NCBI RefSeq assembly: GCF_009909105.1
Contig: NZ_JAAAPK010000002.1
Span: 157,827-221,826, forward strand
Direction of reading: 5' to 3'
DNA: 64,000 nucleotides
Source: Corallococcus exiguus
GTDB taxonomy: Bacteria; Myxococcota; Myxococcia; Myxococcales; Myxococcaceae
Below the pieces are notes generated by a model. It was not told where the DNA came from and did not search any database. It was given only the letters and a program-made list of their open reading frames with translations. Positions 35,854 to 46,852 of the stretch are shown here, one piece after another; within the stretch, counting starts at the first letter, position 1, and each line of letters begins with the position of its first letter. Both the position numbers and the translations under genes were made by a program.

Positions 35854-38319
35854 TCAGTGCGACGGCGGCGGGGCTTCCGCGCCGCTCTGGCCCTTGACGG
35901 CCGAGCGGAACAGGACCGCGGTGAGGACGGCGAAGAACGCCAGGCCCCAGACGTTGGACCACGTCGGGTGCGCCAGCTCGCTCTCGCCCACGGCGTTGAG
36001 GAAGGAGCCCACCGCGCCTTCATGCCCGAAGAGGGCGGGCAGGTTGATGGCGCGCGTCCAGGCCCCGTCGCTGGCGATTTCCAGGAACGCGATGAGCACG
36101 CCCGCGATGGAGCCGCCCGCGATGTAGCCGGACGACATCAGCGTGCCGGGGGAGAACTCGGACTCCGCCGCGCTGCCACCGCGCAGCTTGTCCACGAAGT
36201 GGCGCACCATGCCGCCCACGAAGATGGGGGCGCTGCTGCTGATGGGCAGGTACACGCCCACCGCGAAGGGCAGCGAGGACACGCCGCACAGCTCCAGCAT
36301 CAGCGCGATGAAGACGCCCAGCAGCACCAGGTCCCACGGCAGCCGCTGCGTGAGGATGCCGTCGATGATGAGCGCGAACAGCTGCGCCTTGGGCGCGGAG
36401 TAGCGGGTGAGCGTCTGGCCCTCGTACTCGCTGATGCGGCCGCCGATGCCCGGGTCCACCACGTACTGGATGGCGCCCTGGTCATCCACCAGGTAGCGGC
36501 CGGCGGGCACGGGCGTGTCCGCGCCGCGCACGAAGCCTTCCTTGTAGACGCGGTCCGGACCGGCGGTGATGGCGCCCGCGTCCGACAGCTTCAGTGACGG
36601 GCCGTTGGCCGGCGTCAGCGTGAGGCCGGACAGCTGCTCGGGCGGCATCGGGCGCCAGCTGCGCAGCTCCAGCGCTCCGTCCACCGGCGTCGCGTCCAGG
36701 CGCTCCGCCCACAGCGAGCGCTTGAGCTTTTCGGGCGTCATGCCGCGCTGGGTGAGCGCGTCCTGGGACACCGACCAGCGGTAGGTGTGCTGGGTGCGCG
36801 TCTCCTGCGTCAGCTCCGTCACCTGCACACCCGGGTGCGCCTCCGGGATGACCGCAGTGGCGCCCTGGTTGAGCAGCACCAGCACCAGGCCGATGAACAT
36901 GGCGCTGGTGAGCACGCCGACGAAGAGGGCGATCTGCTGCTTCTTGGGCGTGCCGCCCACGAGGAACGCCGTCTTCAGGTCCTGCGCGGTGGTGCCGCCG
37001 TTGGACGCGGCGATGCCCACGATGGCCGCCGTGGTGAGCGCCATGAAGCGGTCCGGCGACGACGTCCACCCGAACAGCAGGTACACGAGGCAGGTGACGA
37101 GCAGCGTGGCCACCACCATGCCGGAGATGGGGTTGGATGAGGAGCCAATCTCACCGGTGATGCGCGCGCTCACCGTCACGAAGAAGAAGCCGAAGATGAC
37201 GATGAGGATGGCGGAGATGAAGTTCACGTGCAGCGGCGGCGCCAGCCAGATGGCGAGGATGAGCAGCGCGCTTCCCACCAGCACCACCGTGATGGGCAGG
37301 TCCTGATCCGTGCGCAGCACCGTGGGCAGGGCGCCCTGCGTGCGCGACTGGCGCAGCGTCTCCACGCTGCGCTTGAAGGCGCCCACGATGGTGGGCAGGG
37401 AGCGGATGAGGCTGATGAGGCCGCCCGTCGCCACCGCGCCCGCGCCGATGTAGAGCACGTACGCGTTGCGGATCTGATCCGGCGACATGTCCTTGATCAG
37501 CATCCCGTTGTGCACCAGCAGCGGCGTCTCCATGCCGCTGCCGAAGAAGGAGATCATCGGGATGAGGATGAGGTAGCTGAGCACGCCGCCGGCGAAGGTG
37601 ATGCCCGCCACGCGAGGCCCGATGATGTAGCCCACGCCCAACAGCTCCGGGGACACCTCCGTGGAGAGCGTCGCGGCCTTGAGCCCCTTGATGGGCGTGC
37701 CGATGGCCTCCTTGAAGAGCTTCATCCCGGAGTAGGCGAACTTGTAGACGCCACCGATGATGAAACCCAGGATGACCGTGCGGGCGTTGGTGCCGCCCTG
37801 CTCTCCGACGATGAGCACGTCCGCGCTGGCGGTGCCCTCCGGGTAGGTGAGCTTGCCGTGCTCCTGGACGATGAGGCCCTGGCGCAGCGGAATCATCATC
37901 AGCACGCCCAGCACGCCTCCCAGCGCGGCGGTGAGGAACGCGTGCGTGAGGCTGATGTCGTAGCCCAGGATGAGCAGCGCGGGCAGCGCCGCCGCCACGC
38001 CGAACGCGAGCGACTCACCCGCGGAGCCCGTCGTCTGGACGATGGTGTTCTCCAGGATGCTGGAGCGTCCCAGGGCCCGGAAGATGGCGATGGAGAGCAC
38101 CGCCACCGGGATGGACGCGGACACCGTGAGGCCGACCTTGATGGCCAGGTACACGGACGACGCCGCGAACACGATGCCCAGCACCGACCCGAGCACCAGA
38201 CCGCGGATGGTCAGCTCCGTGGGCGACTGCTCGGGGGGCACATAGGGTTTGTGCGGGGCACCATGCGCCTCCGCGAGGGGGACGCGATCATCGACGACCG
38301 GCGGGGAACCGTGGGACAA
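35854..38319 (-). CDS. OPT-family oligopeptide transporter (with large periplasmic insert)
   Basis: The N-terminal pattern PELTIRGLVLGSVLGIVFAASSVYLAIKVGLTVSASIPVAVLS is typical of bacterial OPT transporters. More than 12 hydrophobic helices are present. Confidence 0.85.
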   Translation of the reverse strand: MSHGSPPVVDDRVPLAEAHGAPHKPYVPPEQSPTELTIRGLVLGSVLGIVFAASSVYLAIKVGLTVSASIPVAVLSIAIFRALGRSSILENTIVQTTGSAGESLAFGVAAALPALLILGYDISLTHAFLTAALGGVLGVLMMIPLRQGLIVQEHGKLTYPEGTASADVLIVGEQGGTNARTVILGFIIGGVYKFAYSGMKLFKEAIGTPIKGLKAATLSTEVSPELLGVGYIIGPRVAGITFAGGVLSYLILIPMISFFGSGMETPLLVHNGMLIKDMSPDQIRNAYVLYIGAGAVATGGLISLIRSLPTIVGAFKRSVETLRQSRTQGALPTVLRTDQDLPITVVLVGSALLILAIWLAPPLHVNFISAILIVIFGFFFVTVSARITGEIGSSSNPISGMVVATLLVTCLVYLLFGWTSSPDRFMALTTAAIVGIAASNGGTTAQDLKTAFLVGGTPKKQQIALFVGVLTSAMFIGLVLVLLNQGATAVIPEAHPGVQVTELTQETRTQHTYRWSVSQDALTQRGMTPEKLKRSLWAERLDATPVDGALELRSWRPMPPEQLSGLTLTPANGPSLKLSDAGAITAGPDRVYKEGFVRGADTPVPAGRYLVDDQGAIQYVVDPGIGGRISEYEGQTLTRYSAPKAQLFALIIDGILTQRLPWDLVLLGVFIALMLELCGVSSLPFAVGVYLPISSSAPIFVGGMVRHFVDKLRGGSAAESEFSPGTLMSSGYIAGGSIAGVLIAFLEIASDGAWTRAINLPALFGHEGAVGSFLNAVGESELAHPTWSNVWGLAFFAVLTAVLFRSAVKGQSGAEAPPPSH

Positions 38320-38389
38320 GCAGGCACTCCTGACAGGAAATCAGGGGGCCCGTTCTAGCAGGGTCTCCGCCGGGGCGCGAAAACAGCCC

Positions 38390-39292
<903 letters not shown>

Positions 39293-39695
39293 ATCGGGCC
39301 TCCTGCCGCGGCGGAGGCGCTTGAAAGGTGCTCTGGGTTCAAGTCCTACAACTTGACGTGTCTGCCCTGAGCAACCGGGATGCCAACCAGGGTTGGATGT
39401 ATTCGCGTGTGTCTCCGAGGGGTTGGAAGGCGCAGATGGGCGTCCCCTGGCAACGGTCTGTAACCGTTACCCGTGGCCGGTAGGAAAACCGCGGGTCTGC
39501 GAGGGGAGAAAATGCACGGCGCGGTGCCCTCGAGCGCACGTCGCCATGACGTTCGCGAATGGGGTTTCGTGAAACGCTTAATGGCGACGGGTGGCGGCTG
39601 TGGAGACATTTCTCCACCTCGGCCGGGCGTTCCTGGGGAGGGCGAGCGACCGGCGACGGAAGCCCGCTTCCCTCCAGAGGGCACTTCTCTTCCGC

Positions 39696-41816
39696 TCAGG
39701 AGGCGCGGGCGGTAGGGCCCGCCTGTCCGGCCGGCTTTACTGCTCGACGGGAGGCTTCCGCATCCAGCGCGCGGCGCAAGGTGGCGAGCAGGTGCTCGGC
39801 CTCTCCCTCGCGCAGGGCACGGCCGCCGAAGCGGGCCTCCAGGTAGCGGCGGGTGAGGGGCGTCAGCGCCAGCGCCAGCGGATGGCCTTCACGCGCCAGG
39901 CGCGTGGTCAGGTCCTCCAGCGTCTCGTGTTCAAAGCGCGGCACATGGGCCTTCTGGAGCGCCGTGTCCACCCGGTCGAGGAAGCGCGTGGCCTCCAGCA
40001 CCGGGGCGCGGCCCGTCCAGCGGGAGACGAAGCGGCCCGCGCGCCAGATGACGAAGGCCACGACGGCGGCCGTCACCCACGCGCGGGGCGGGGGCAGGCG
40101 GCTGGGGCCTTCGTTGGCGGGGGCGCCGGGCGCACGGCGCGGCGGGCGGACCAGGGCGCTCGCCAGCTCGAACTGGTCGCGGAAGGAGTAGTCGACGACG
40201 GAGTTGCGCCAGCGCGACTCCACCGCTTCATAGAGCGCGAGCACCTTCTCCAGCAGCACGGAGCCCTGGCTCGTGCGGTTCGACGGGGGCGTCGCGTCCA
40301 CGGTGACGAAGCCCCGCCCCGGGACGAGCACGTGCGTCCAGGCGTGCGCGTCGCCCGCGCGCACCAGGTAGCCGCCGTCCATGCGCGCGCCGCCATAGAA
40401 GCCCGTGGCGAGCCGCGCCCCGATGCCCTGTGTGCGCAGCATCAGCGTGAGCGCGGTGGCGAAGTGCTCGCAGTGGCCCGCCTTGCGCACGAAGAGGAAC
40501 TCCGCCAGCGGATCCTCCGGCGTGCCTGCCTGCTCCAGCGTGTACCCGTAGTCGCGCTGCAGGAAGGTGGCGAGCTTGCGCGCGGCGGCCAGCGGCTCCT
40601 TCTCTCCCTGGAGCACCTGCGCCGCGAGCTGCGCGACGCGCGCGTCCAGGTGCTCGGGCAGCGCCAGGAGCTGGTCGCGCTCCGCCTGGACCAGGCCGTC
40701 GGACATGCCCTTCTTCGCGTCCGGCGGCAGGCTGTAGGCCTCGTAGGTGTACGAGGGCGCGGTGACGGTGAAGCGCACCTCGCCCCCGCCCTGGAGCTGC
40801 ACCGGGCTGTTCCGGGTGCCGGTGGGCGTGTGCGCCATGGCGTTGCCCAGGCGCGAGGGCGTCTCCAGGGCAATCAGCGTGCGGGCGCCGTACGCGGGCA
40901 GCAGCTCGATGCGCTGGTGGAGGAGCGTGTCGCTGGCGGGGCGCAGGGTGATCTGCCGCTCCGTCTGCTGCGCGCCGACGACGTTCGTCCACTCCATGCC
41001 GTCGAAGGTGTCGTAGGTGCGGCCCACCCAGTAGGCGTCCAGCGCTTCGCGGCCCGGATCCGGCGTGAGCGTGGCGCGCAGCACCACGCGCGGGTTTCCC
41101 TTGATGGTGCCCGCGCCGCCCAGCCGCACCGTGTTGGAGTAGCCCGCGCTGCTCACCGCGCCGAAGCCCGGCGCCGAACGGGGCCCCACCATGGCCCAGT
41201 TGAGGCGGGGGAAGAGGACGAAGAAGGCCACCGCGCCAGCCACCGCGAACATCACGCCCACGGACAGTGGCCGCAGCACCGCGCGCACCGGCACGGGCTC
41301 GCCGTCCGGCACCGCCGCCTCCACCACGCCCAGCGCCAGCGCCAGGCTGGCCAGCACCCCGAAGGCGATGAGGCACAGCGCGTACGTCATGTCGCCCGAC
41401 AGCGCCGCGCCACCAGCCACCATCAAGAGGCCCGTCAGGTGCGTCTGTCCCTCCGCCGCGGCGTCCGGCGTGGACAGCATCCGCTGCGCGGCGATGAGGC
41501 TCGCGAAGGCGCACGCCGCCACCACCGCGTTCATCGCGCCGGCCGTCAGCTGGAGGCCCAGGAGCACCGCCGCGACCAGCAGCCCCAGCGCGGACAGGCG
41601 GGAGAAGCGCGCGACGAGCCGCACGTCGCACAGCGCCAGCACCAGCGCTCCGATGAAGACGCCCAGCACCCACACGGGCAGCTGGCCGGACATGGCCATC
41701 GCGGCGAAGGCGAAGCCCACCGCCAGGTCGCGCAGAGCGAGCCGCAGCCTCAAGGGGCGCTTCACGCCGCCTCCCGGGAGTCCGTCCCTGCGTCCACGCC
41801 CTCGAAGCCCACCCAC
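39696..41816 (-). CDS. Transglutaminase-like protein with N-terminal multi-TM domain (TgpA-like)
   Basis: The transglutaminase core Cys is RKAGHCEHFATALTLMLR. About 6 N-terminal TM helices are present. Confidence 0.8.
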   Translation of the reverse strand: MGGLRGRGRRDGLPGGGVKRPLRLRLALRDLAVGFAFAAMAMSGQLPVWVLGVFIGALVLALCDVRLVARFSRLSALGLLVAAVLLGLQLTAGAMNAVVAACAFASLIAAQRMLSTPDAAAEGQTHLTGLLMVAGGAALSGDMTYALCLIAFGVLASLALALGVVEAAVPDGEPVPVRAVLRPLSVGVMFAVAGAVAFFVLFPRLNWAMVGPRSAPGFGAVSSAGYSNTVRLGGAGTIKGNPRVVLRATLTPDPGREALDAYWVGRTYDTFDGMEWTNVVGAQQTERQITLRPASDTLLHQRIELLPAYGARTLIALETPSRLGNAMAHTPTGTRNSPVQLQGGGEVRFTVTAPSYTYEAYSLPPDAKKGMSDGLVQAERDQLLALPEHLDARVAQLAAQVLQGEKEPLAAARKLATFLQRDYGYTLEQAGTPEDPLAEFLFVRKAGHCEHFATALTLMLRTQGIGARLATGFYGGARMDGGYLVRAGDAHAWTHVLVPGRGFVTVDATPPSNRTSQGSVLLEKVLALYEAVESRWRNSVVDYSFRDQFELASALVRPPRRAPGAPANEGPSRLPPPRAWVTAAVVAFVIWRAGRFVSRWTGRAPVLEATRFLDRVDTALQKAHVPRFEHETLEDLTTRLAREGHPLALALTPLTRRYLEARFGGRALREGEAEHLLATLRRALDAEASRRAVKPAGQAGPTARAS

Positions 41817-42742
41817 GCGAGCGCCTGGAGGATGCGCCGCTCCTGCGAAGCCCCCGCCGCCGGCCGCAGCGCGCGCTCCGGCAACTGGAGGCCGACCTCA
41901 TGTCCCGCGTCCAGCAACTGGTGCGCCTGGGCGGCGACCTCTTCACAGCGGCGCTCCAGCGCGTCACCCGTGAGGCCCGTCTCCAGCGCGAGCTTCCAGA
42001 TGCGGCGCTCCTCGCGCTCGCGCTCCACCTTCAGGAGTCGCCCCGCCGCGGCGCTCTTCAGCCAGTGGATGCGGCGCGCGTCCTCGTTCGGGGCAAGCTC
42101 GCGCAGGCCCGCCACATCGCCGGTGCCGTCCAGGTGGCGCGGGCTGCCTGACTCGCCCCGGGGGCCCTTCTCCGCGGGCCCCGGTTCCTTGCAGGCGTAG
42201 CCGCGGCGCGGATACACGAGCAGCGTTCCCTCCAGGGAGAACACGCGCGTCTTGGCGAACAGGCCCAGGGGCCACGTGGTGGTGACGCGCACGCCGGACA
42301 GGCGCACGGGGCCCCGGTGCGGCGCGGCCAGGTCCGCCCGGACGATGTGCTCCTTGCCCGCGGACAGGTGCCCCAGCTTCCCGGTGCCGGTGAGCGGGGA
42401 GAGGTCCTCGGAGAACGTCAGCGCGAAGCCGTGCCCCTTCTTGCGCGACACCGCCCAGCGGTAGGCGAAGGGCTCGCGCGCGAAGGCCGCGTCCGCGCCC
42501 ACCCGGCGCACCGTCAGGTCGCGCAGGCAGCGCTCCGACAGCACGCCGGACACCACCACCATGCTGAGCAGCAGGCCCAGCAGCAGGTAGAGCAGGTTGT
42601 TGCCCGTGTTGAGCGCGCCCAGCCCCACGCCGAACGTCACCACCAGGTACGTGCGGCCCGTCTTCGTCACCGACAGCGTGCGCGGCGGACGAAGGAGGGC
42701 GCGCAGCCGCGCCTTGAGTGGGGGGCGGGCAGGGGCCTTCAC
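41762..42742 (-). CDS. DUF58-family protein (vWA-like, MoxR partner)
   Basis: The N-terminal TM pair plus GRTYLVVTFGVGLGALNTGNNLLYLL is typical of DUF58. It overlaps the genes on both sides. Confidence 0.75.
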   Translation of the reverse strand: MKAPARPPLKARLRALLRPPRTLSVTKTGRTYLVVTFGVGLGALNTGNNLLYLLLGLLLSMVVVSGVLSERCLRDLTVRRVGADAAFAREPFAYRWAVSRKKGHGFALTFSEDLSPLTGTGKLGHLSAGKEHIVRADLAAPHRGPVRLSGVRVTTTWPLGLFAKTRVFSLEGTLLVYPRRGYACKEPGPAEKGPRGESGSPRHLDGTGDVAGLRELAPNEDARRIHWLKSAAAGRLLKVEREREERRIWKLALETGLTGDALERRCEEVAAQAHQLLDAGHEVGLQLPERALRPAAGASQERRILQALAWVGFEGVDAGTDSREAA

Positions 42743-43719
42743 CGGGGCGCCGCCACCTTGCGGGCGATCTCCTCCACCAGGTGCGCTGCCTCGTCCCGCG
42801 CGGACACGCCCTGCACGGCGCTCCTCAAGAGCACGCGGTGCGCCCAGCAGGGCACCATCATGGCGCGCACGTCACCGGGGGTGACGAAGTCGCGCCCTTC
42901 CCACAAAGCCTGCGCCCGGGCCGCGGACCCGAGCGCCAGCACCGCGCGGGTGGACGCGCCGCGCTCCAGGTCGCCGTGCTCGCGCGTGGCCCGAGCCAGC
43001 CGCACCACGTAGTCCGCCACCGTCGCGTCCAGCTTCACGTCCTGGGTGAACTCACGCAGCGACGCCAGCTCCTCCGGCCCCGTCACCGCCTCCACCGACG
43101 GCAGCGGGGACGCCGCGCCGCGCGTGGTGAGCAGGCGCGCCTCCACGTCCGGCGCCGGGTGGCCCAGGGACAGGCGCACGAGGAAGCGATCCAGCTGCGA
43201 GTCCGGCAGCGGATAGGTGCCGGAGAAGTCCACCGGGTTCTGGGTGGCCACCACCGTGAAGGGCGAGGGCAGCGCGTGGGTCTGCCCGTCCAGCGACACC
43301 TGGCCCTGGGCCATGCCCTCCAGGAGCGCGGACTGGGTGCGCGGGGGCGCGCGGTTGAGCTCGTCCGCCAGCACCAGCTGCCGGAACAGCGGCCCGGGCC
43401 GGAAGGAGAAGGTGGCCGTCTGCGCGTGGAACACCTGCGCGCCCAGGATGTCCGCCGGCAGCAGGTCCGCGGTGAACTGGATGCGGGCGAAGGACAGGGC
43501 GCACGCTCGGGCCAGGGCCTCCGCCAGCGTCGTCTTGCCCACGCCGGGCATGTCCTCCAGGAGCAGGTGCCCGCCGGCCACCACGCAGGTGACGACGCGC
43601 CGCACCTCCTCCGGTTTTCCCTGCACGGCGCGGCCAAGCTGGGCGGCGAGCCGCTCCATCACCGCGCGCGCGGAAGCAGGGGAGGGAACTGGACCGAGGA
43701 CGCGAGCGGGCTGGGTCAT
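42739..43719 (-). CDS. MoxR-family AAA+ ATPase
   Basis: Walker A LLEDMPGVGKTTLAEALA is present. Walker B LVLADELNRAPP is present. Confidence 0.9.
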   Translation of the reverse strand: MTQPARVLGPVPSPASARAVMERLAAQLGRAVQGKPEEVRRVVTCVVAGGHLLLEDMPGVGKTTLAEALARACALSFARIQFTADLLPADILGAQVFHAQTATFSFRPGPLFRQLVLADELNRAPPRTQSALLEGMAQGQVSLDGQTHALPSPFTVVATQNPVDFSGTYPLPDSQLDRFLVRLSLGHPAPDVEARLLTTRGAASPLPSVEAVTGPEELASLREFTQDVKLDATVADYVVRLARATREHGDLERGASTRAVLALGSAARAQALWEGRDFVTPGDVRAMMVPCWAHRVLLRSAVQGVSARDEAAHLVEEIARKVAAPR

Positions 43720-43855
43720 CTGGGCGCGGACTCTAGCCCAGGCAAACGCCCGCCGGCACCCCTCCAGGCCGCCCGTGTTCCACGCCGGATGCCCGCTTGC
43801 CTTGGAGGCGCGGGCACTTGCCGGGGATGCACACGGCCCGGAGGGCCCTTCATCC

Positions 43856-44182
43856 TCAGACGGAGAGGATGTCCTCGGGCGTGTAGTACGCCCGGTGCGT
43901 CGTCGGCGAGGCCAGCACGCCGAAGTAGCGGAACATCCGCTCGTGGTGCGTCGCCAGCCCGCGCAGCTGCACGGCGCCGTCCTTCAGGCCGTGGGTCAGG
44001 ATGCCCACCGCGCTGTCCTTGAACTCACGCAGGTGCGCGAAGTCCAGGACCACCTCGCTCTGGCCCAGCGCCTGGAGCGAGTTGCGCAGCTCCTGGGCCG
44101 TACGGCCGTCCAACGTTCCTTCCAGGCGAAGCGTGATCCGACCCGCCGCCTCCTCCTCCCGATGAATCTGAAGCCCCGTCAT
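43856..44182 (-). CDS. STAS-domain protein (anti-sigma-factor antagonist-like)
   Basis: Internal ATG (44182) of the track ORF. The motif is ITLRLEGTLDGRTAQELRNSL…VVLDFAHLREFKDSAVGIL. Confidence 0.6.
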   Translation of the reverse strand: MTGLQIHREEEAAGRITLRLEGTLDGRTAQELRNSLQALGQSEVVLDFAHLREFKDSAVGILTHGLKDGAVQLRGLATHHERMFRYFGVLASPTTHRAYYTPEDILSV

Positions 44183-44403
44183 GATCCGCGCTCCCGCTAA
44201 GGTGTGCACGTGTGTGCCGCCCCGCGATGTGATGGCGGCTGCCGCACGTTTCCGGACCACAGGAGTGGTCCGGGTTCCCACCGTGGGGTGGGGGTGCACA
44301 GCCGGAGCCGGACATTGCACCTTCACCTGCGATCAGGTCAGTGCCGGGCATGCAACTTCGGCTGGAGTGTTGGCGACCGGGCGGAGTTCATGTCACGCAG
44401 CGG

Positions 44404-45189
44404 TCAACCCTTGCGGTCGGCTGTCGGCTGCTCGGCACGCAGGCTGATGGCGCGCTCCTGCTGGGCCTTCAGCTTGCGGAACTCCTTCACGACCTTGGCG
44501 GGGTAACCGGCCATGAACTTCACCCGGTTTTCCTTCTTGGCCAGGATGCGCTTGGCCAGCCCCGGGCCTGCGTTGTAGGCGACGAGCGCGCCCTCCACGG
44601 AGCCGAAGCGGCTGATGAGGTCCGCCAGGTACGCGGTGCCCAGGTTCACGTTCGTCTCGAAGTCGAACAGGTTGGTGTGGCGGCCCAGCCGCCAGCCGGA
44701 CTTCTCCGCCAGGTACTTGCCCGTGTCCGGCATCACCTGCATGAGGCCCATGGCGCCCACGCCGGACACCGCGTAGTTGTTGAAGGACGACTCGCAGCGG
44801 ATCAGCGCCACCACCAGCAGCGGATCCAGGTTGTTGCGCTCCGCCTCGCGGACGATGGAGACCGCCAGCCGGCGCTGCTGCCGCTCCGGGAGCCCGGAGG
44901 CGCGCACGGCCTCGGCCACGCCCATCTGCTCCGCGCGGAGGTAGTCCGCCTCGTCCTCATAGTGCTGCAACCGGGCCAGGGCGGCCTTGAGCTGTGCGTC
45001 CTTCTCCGCCAGCTGCGCCCTCAGGGCCGCGACGTCCGGCGCTTCCCCCTGCGCACCCACCGGAACCTGCACCGGGAACGCCACCGCGTTCGTCCCCATC
45101 AGCACCACCGCCGCCGCCATCGCCACCGTCCAACCCCTCATCACGCCCTCCCCTGGCGCCCGACCACACGCGCCCGCTGACTCGCCCAC
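44404..45189 (-). CDS. Lytic transglycosylase (SLT domain, MltE-like) with N-terminal coiled coil
   Basis: Signal peptide. EQMGVAE…GAMGLMQVMPDTGKY…AYNAG is present. Confidence 0.8.
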   Translation of the reverse strand: MGESAGACGRAPGEGVMRGWTVAMAAAVVLMGTNAVAFPVQVPVGAQGEAPDVAALRAQLAEKDAQLKAALARLQHYEDEADYLRAEQMGVAEAVRASGLPERQQRRLAVSIVREAERNNLDPLLVVALIRCESSFNNYAVSGVGAMGLMQVMPDTGKYLAEKSGWRLGRHTNLFDFETNVNLGTAYLADLISRFGSVEGALVAYNAGPGLAKRILAKKENRVKFMAGYPAKVVKEFRKLKAQQERAISLRAEQPTADRKG

Positions 45190-45433
45190 ACCCAGCGGCT
45201 AAGCAGGCAACGTGCCAGCGTACGTAGCGTGCGCCAGCTGCCTCACGGATCCTTAAGAGAGGGGCTGAAACAGGGCCGGCATGGCCCTCGGCGTCCGGAA
45301 AAAATGCCCGGCCTGGGAAGTTTGTTTCCCAACCTGACCCTGCAGAAAGCTCCACCTGTTGCCGCGCTGCCTCCGCGTTCCTAGCTTGCGCCCGGTCTGA
45401 TTATCCGAGGCCCTGTGTGGCGGGAGGCGTGGC

Positions 45434-45592
45434 GTGTACTGGACCATGGGCATCATCTTGATGGTGTTGTGGGTGATGGGGCTGATCACCGGTTCAACGG
45501 AGGGGCAGTGGGTGCACCTGCTCCTGGTGTTCTCGCTCATCGCGTTCGTGCTGGCCGTCGCGTCGCTGGGGCGCCGGCGGGGGCTGGCATGA
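45434..45592 (+). CDS. lmo0937-family small membrane protein (52 aa; not in ORF track)
   Basis: Own reading: GTG at 45434 (or ATG at 45446) to TGA at 45592. The translation is (M)YWTMGIILMVLWVMGLITGSTEGQWVHLLLVFSLIAFVLAVASLGRRRGLA. This matches the conserved ~48-aa two-helix family (MLWTIxxILLVLWLLGxIGG…HLLLVIALIxLIxxLxxGRR). Confidence 0.55.
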   Translation: MYWTMGIILMVLWVMGLITGSTEGQWVHLLLVFSLIAFVLAVASLGRRRGLA

Positions 45593-46158
45593 ACCTGCCG
45601 GAGCTGGACATGGCGTGGCTGGAGCTGCCGCGGGACAAGGCGGGCTTCGTGCGGCGCGAATGTCCCCGCTGCCAGCGCTCCTTCAAGACGCGGCCCAGCC
45701 GCCACGACGCGGGGATGCTGCAGCGGCTGCTCGCGGGCTACTTCCCCTTCGAAAACCTCCACGAGGCGTACACGCCCGAGGAGCTGCCCGCGTGGCACTG
45801 CCTGTACTGCGGCCACCGCGCGCTGCCGGACGCGTGGCTCACGCCGGATCAGTCCGCGCACGTGGAGCAGATGGCACGCGCGTGGGCGAACCACGTGCGG
45901 TACGAGCAGCTGGCGTACGTGCAGCGCACGCTGTCCCAGAACCCGCGGCCCACCTTCATCTCCGTGGCGCCGGAGCCGCTGCCCCGGCCGCTGCCTCCGG
46001 ACGAGGAGATGCTGCGCACGCTCCCCATGGTCTGCTGCGGGGACGAGGTGCAGGCCCAGTGGGAATGGGATCTGCCGATGGTCTGTCCGCGCTGCGGCGC
46101 GCACCACGGCGGGCTTTCGGGCCGCCACCAGGTGCAGCTGGAGTTCGTGCACGAGTAG
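45589..46158 (+). CDS. Hypothetical Cys-cluster (zinc-ribbon-like) protein
   Basis: ATG at 45589 overlaps the stop of the micro-gene (ATGA). CPRCQ…CLYCGH…CCGD…CPRCGAHHG is present. Confidence 0.5.
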   Translation: MNLPELDMAWLELPRDKAGFVRRECPRCQRSFKTRPSRHDAGMLQRLLAGYFPFENLHEAYTPEELPAWHCLYCGHRALPDAWLTPDQSAHVEQMARAWANHVRYEQLAYVQRTLSQNPRPTFISVAPEPLPRPLPPDEEMLRTLPMVCCGDEVQAQWEWDLPMVCPRCGAHHGGLSGRHQVQLEFVHE

Positions 46159-46198
46159 TGGACGGGCAGGGCGCGCGGAGGGCAGGCTCCTTCGCGCG

Positions 46199-46852
46199 AT
46201 GAAGCCGTTCCCCCCGGTCCGGGTGGTGTTGCTGGCCCTGCTCCTGCTGGGCCCGGCCGCCGCCCATGCCCACGAAATAGAGGTCGCGCCCGGAGCGGTG
46301 GACGGCTTCGCCGGCTGGGTGGGCGAGGGCATCCGCCACATCCTGGCGGGGGCGGATCATCTCCTGTTCCTCCTGGCGGTACTGCTGGTGGGCGGCTCGT
46401 TCCGGCGGATCCTCTTGTTGGTGACGTCCTTCACGCTGGCGCACTCGCTGACGCTCGGGCTCACGGCCCTGGGCGTGGTGACGCTGGGCGCGCGGGGCAC
46501 GCGGTGGGCCGAGGCCGCGATCGCCGCTTCCATCCTCTACATGGCGCTGGAGAACCTGCTCTTGCGCCGGCACGGGCACCGCGCGGGGCTGACCTTCCTG
46601 TTCGGCCTGGTGCATGGGCTGGGCTTCGCGAGCGTGCTCGGTGGCTACGGGTTGGGGACGGACGCGGTGCCGGCGCTCGTGGGCTTCAACCTGGGGGTGG
46701 AGATGGGGCAGGCGGTGGTGGTGGCCTTCCTGGTTCCCGTGCTGCGAATCGTTCAGCGCAGGCCCCGTCTGCACTCGAAGGTTGTGTGCCTGTCGTCCAT
46801 TGGCCTCGCGGGAGTGGGGCTTTATTGGATGCTTGCCCGCGCGGTCGGTTGA
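46199..46852 (+). CDS. HupE/UreJ-family membrane protein (Ni/Co uptake accessory)
   Basis: A signal peptide is followed by HEIEV, then GIRHILAGADHLLFLLAVLLVG, then FTLAHSLTLGL and GLVHGLGFAS. Confidence 0.8.
   Translation: MKPFPPVRVVLLALLLLGPAAAHAHEIEVAPGAVDGFAGWVGEGIRHILAGADHLLFLLAVLLVGGSFRRILLLVTSFTLAHSLTLGLTALGVVTLGARGTRWAEAAIAASILYMALENLLLRRHGHRAGLTFLFGLVHGLGFASVLGGYGLGTDAVPALVGFNLGVEMGQAVVVAFLVPVLRIVQRRPRLHSKVVCLSSIGLAGVGLYWMLARAVG

Noticed and set aside
39591-42200. 869-aa plus-strand ORF and 579-aa minus ORF (40228..41967) over the transglutaminase/DUF58 genes
   Set aside because: They are alternative frames of the same GC-rich DNA. Only the 39696..41816 and 41762..42742 frames carry recognisable TM plus transglutaminase-core and DUF58 signatures.
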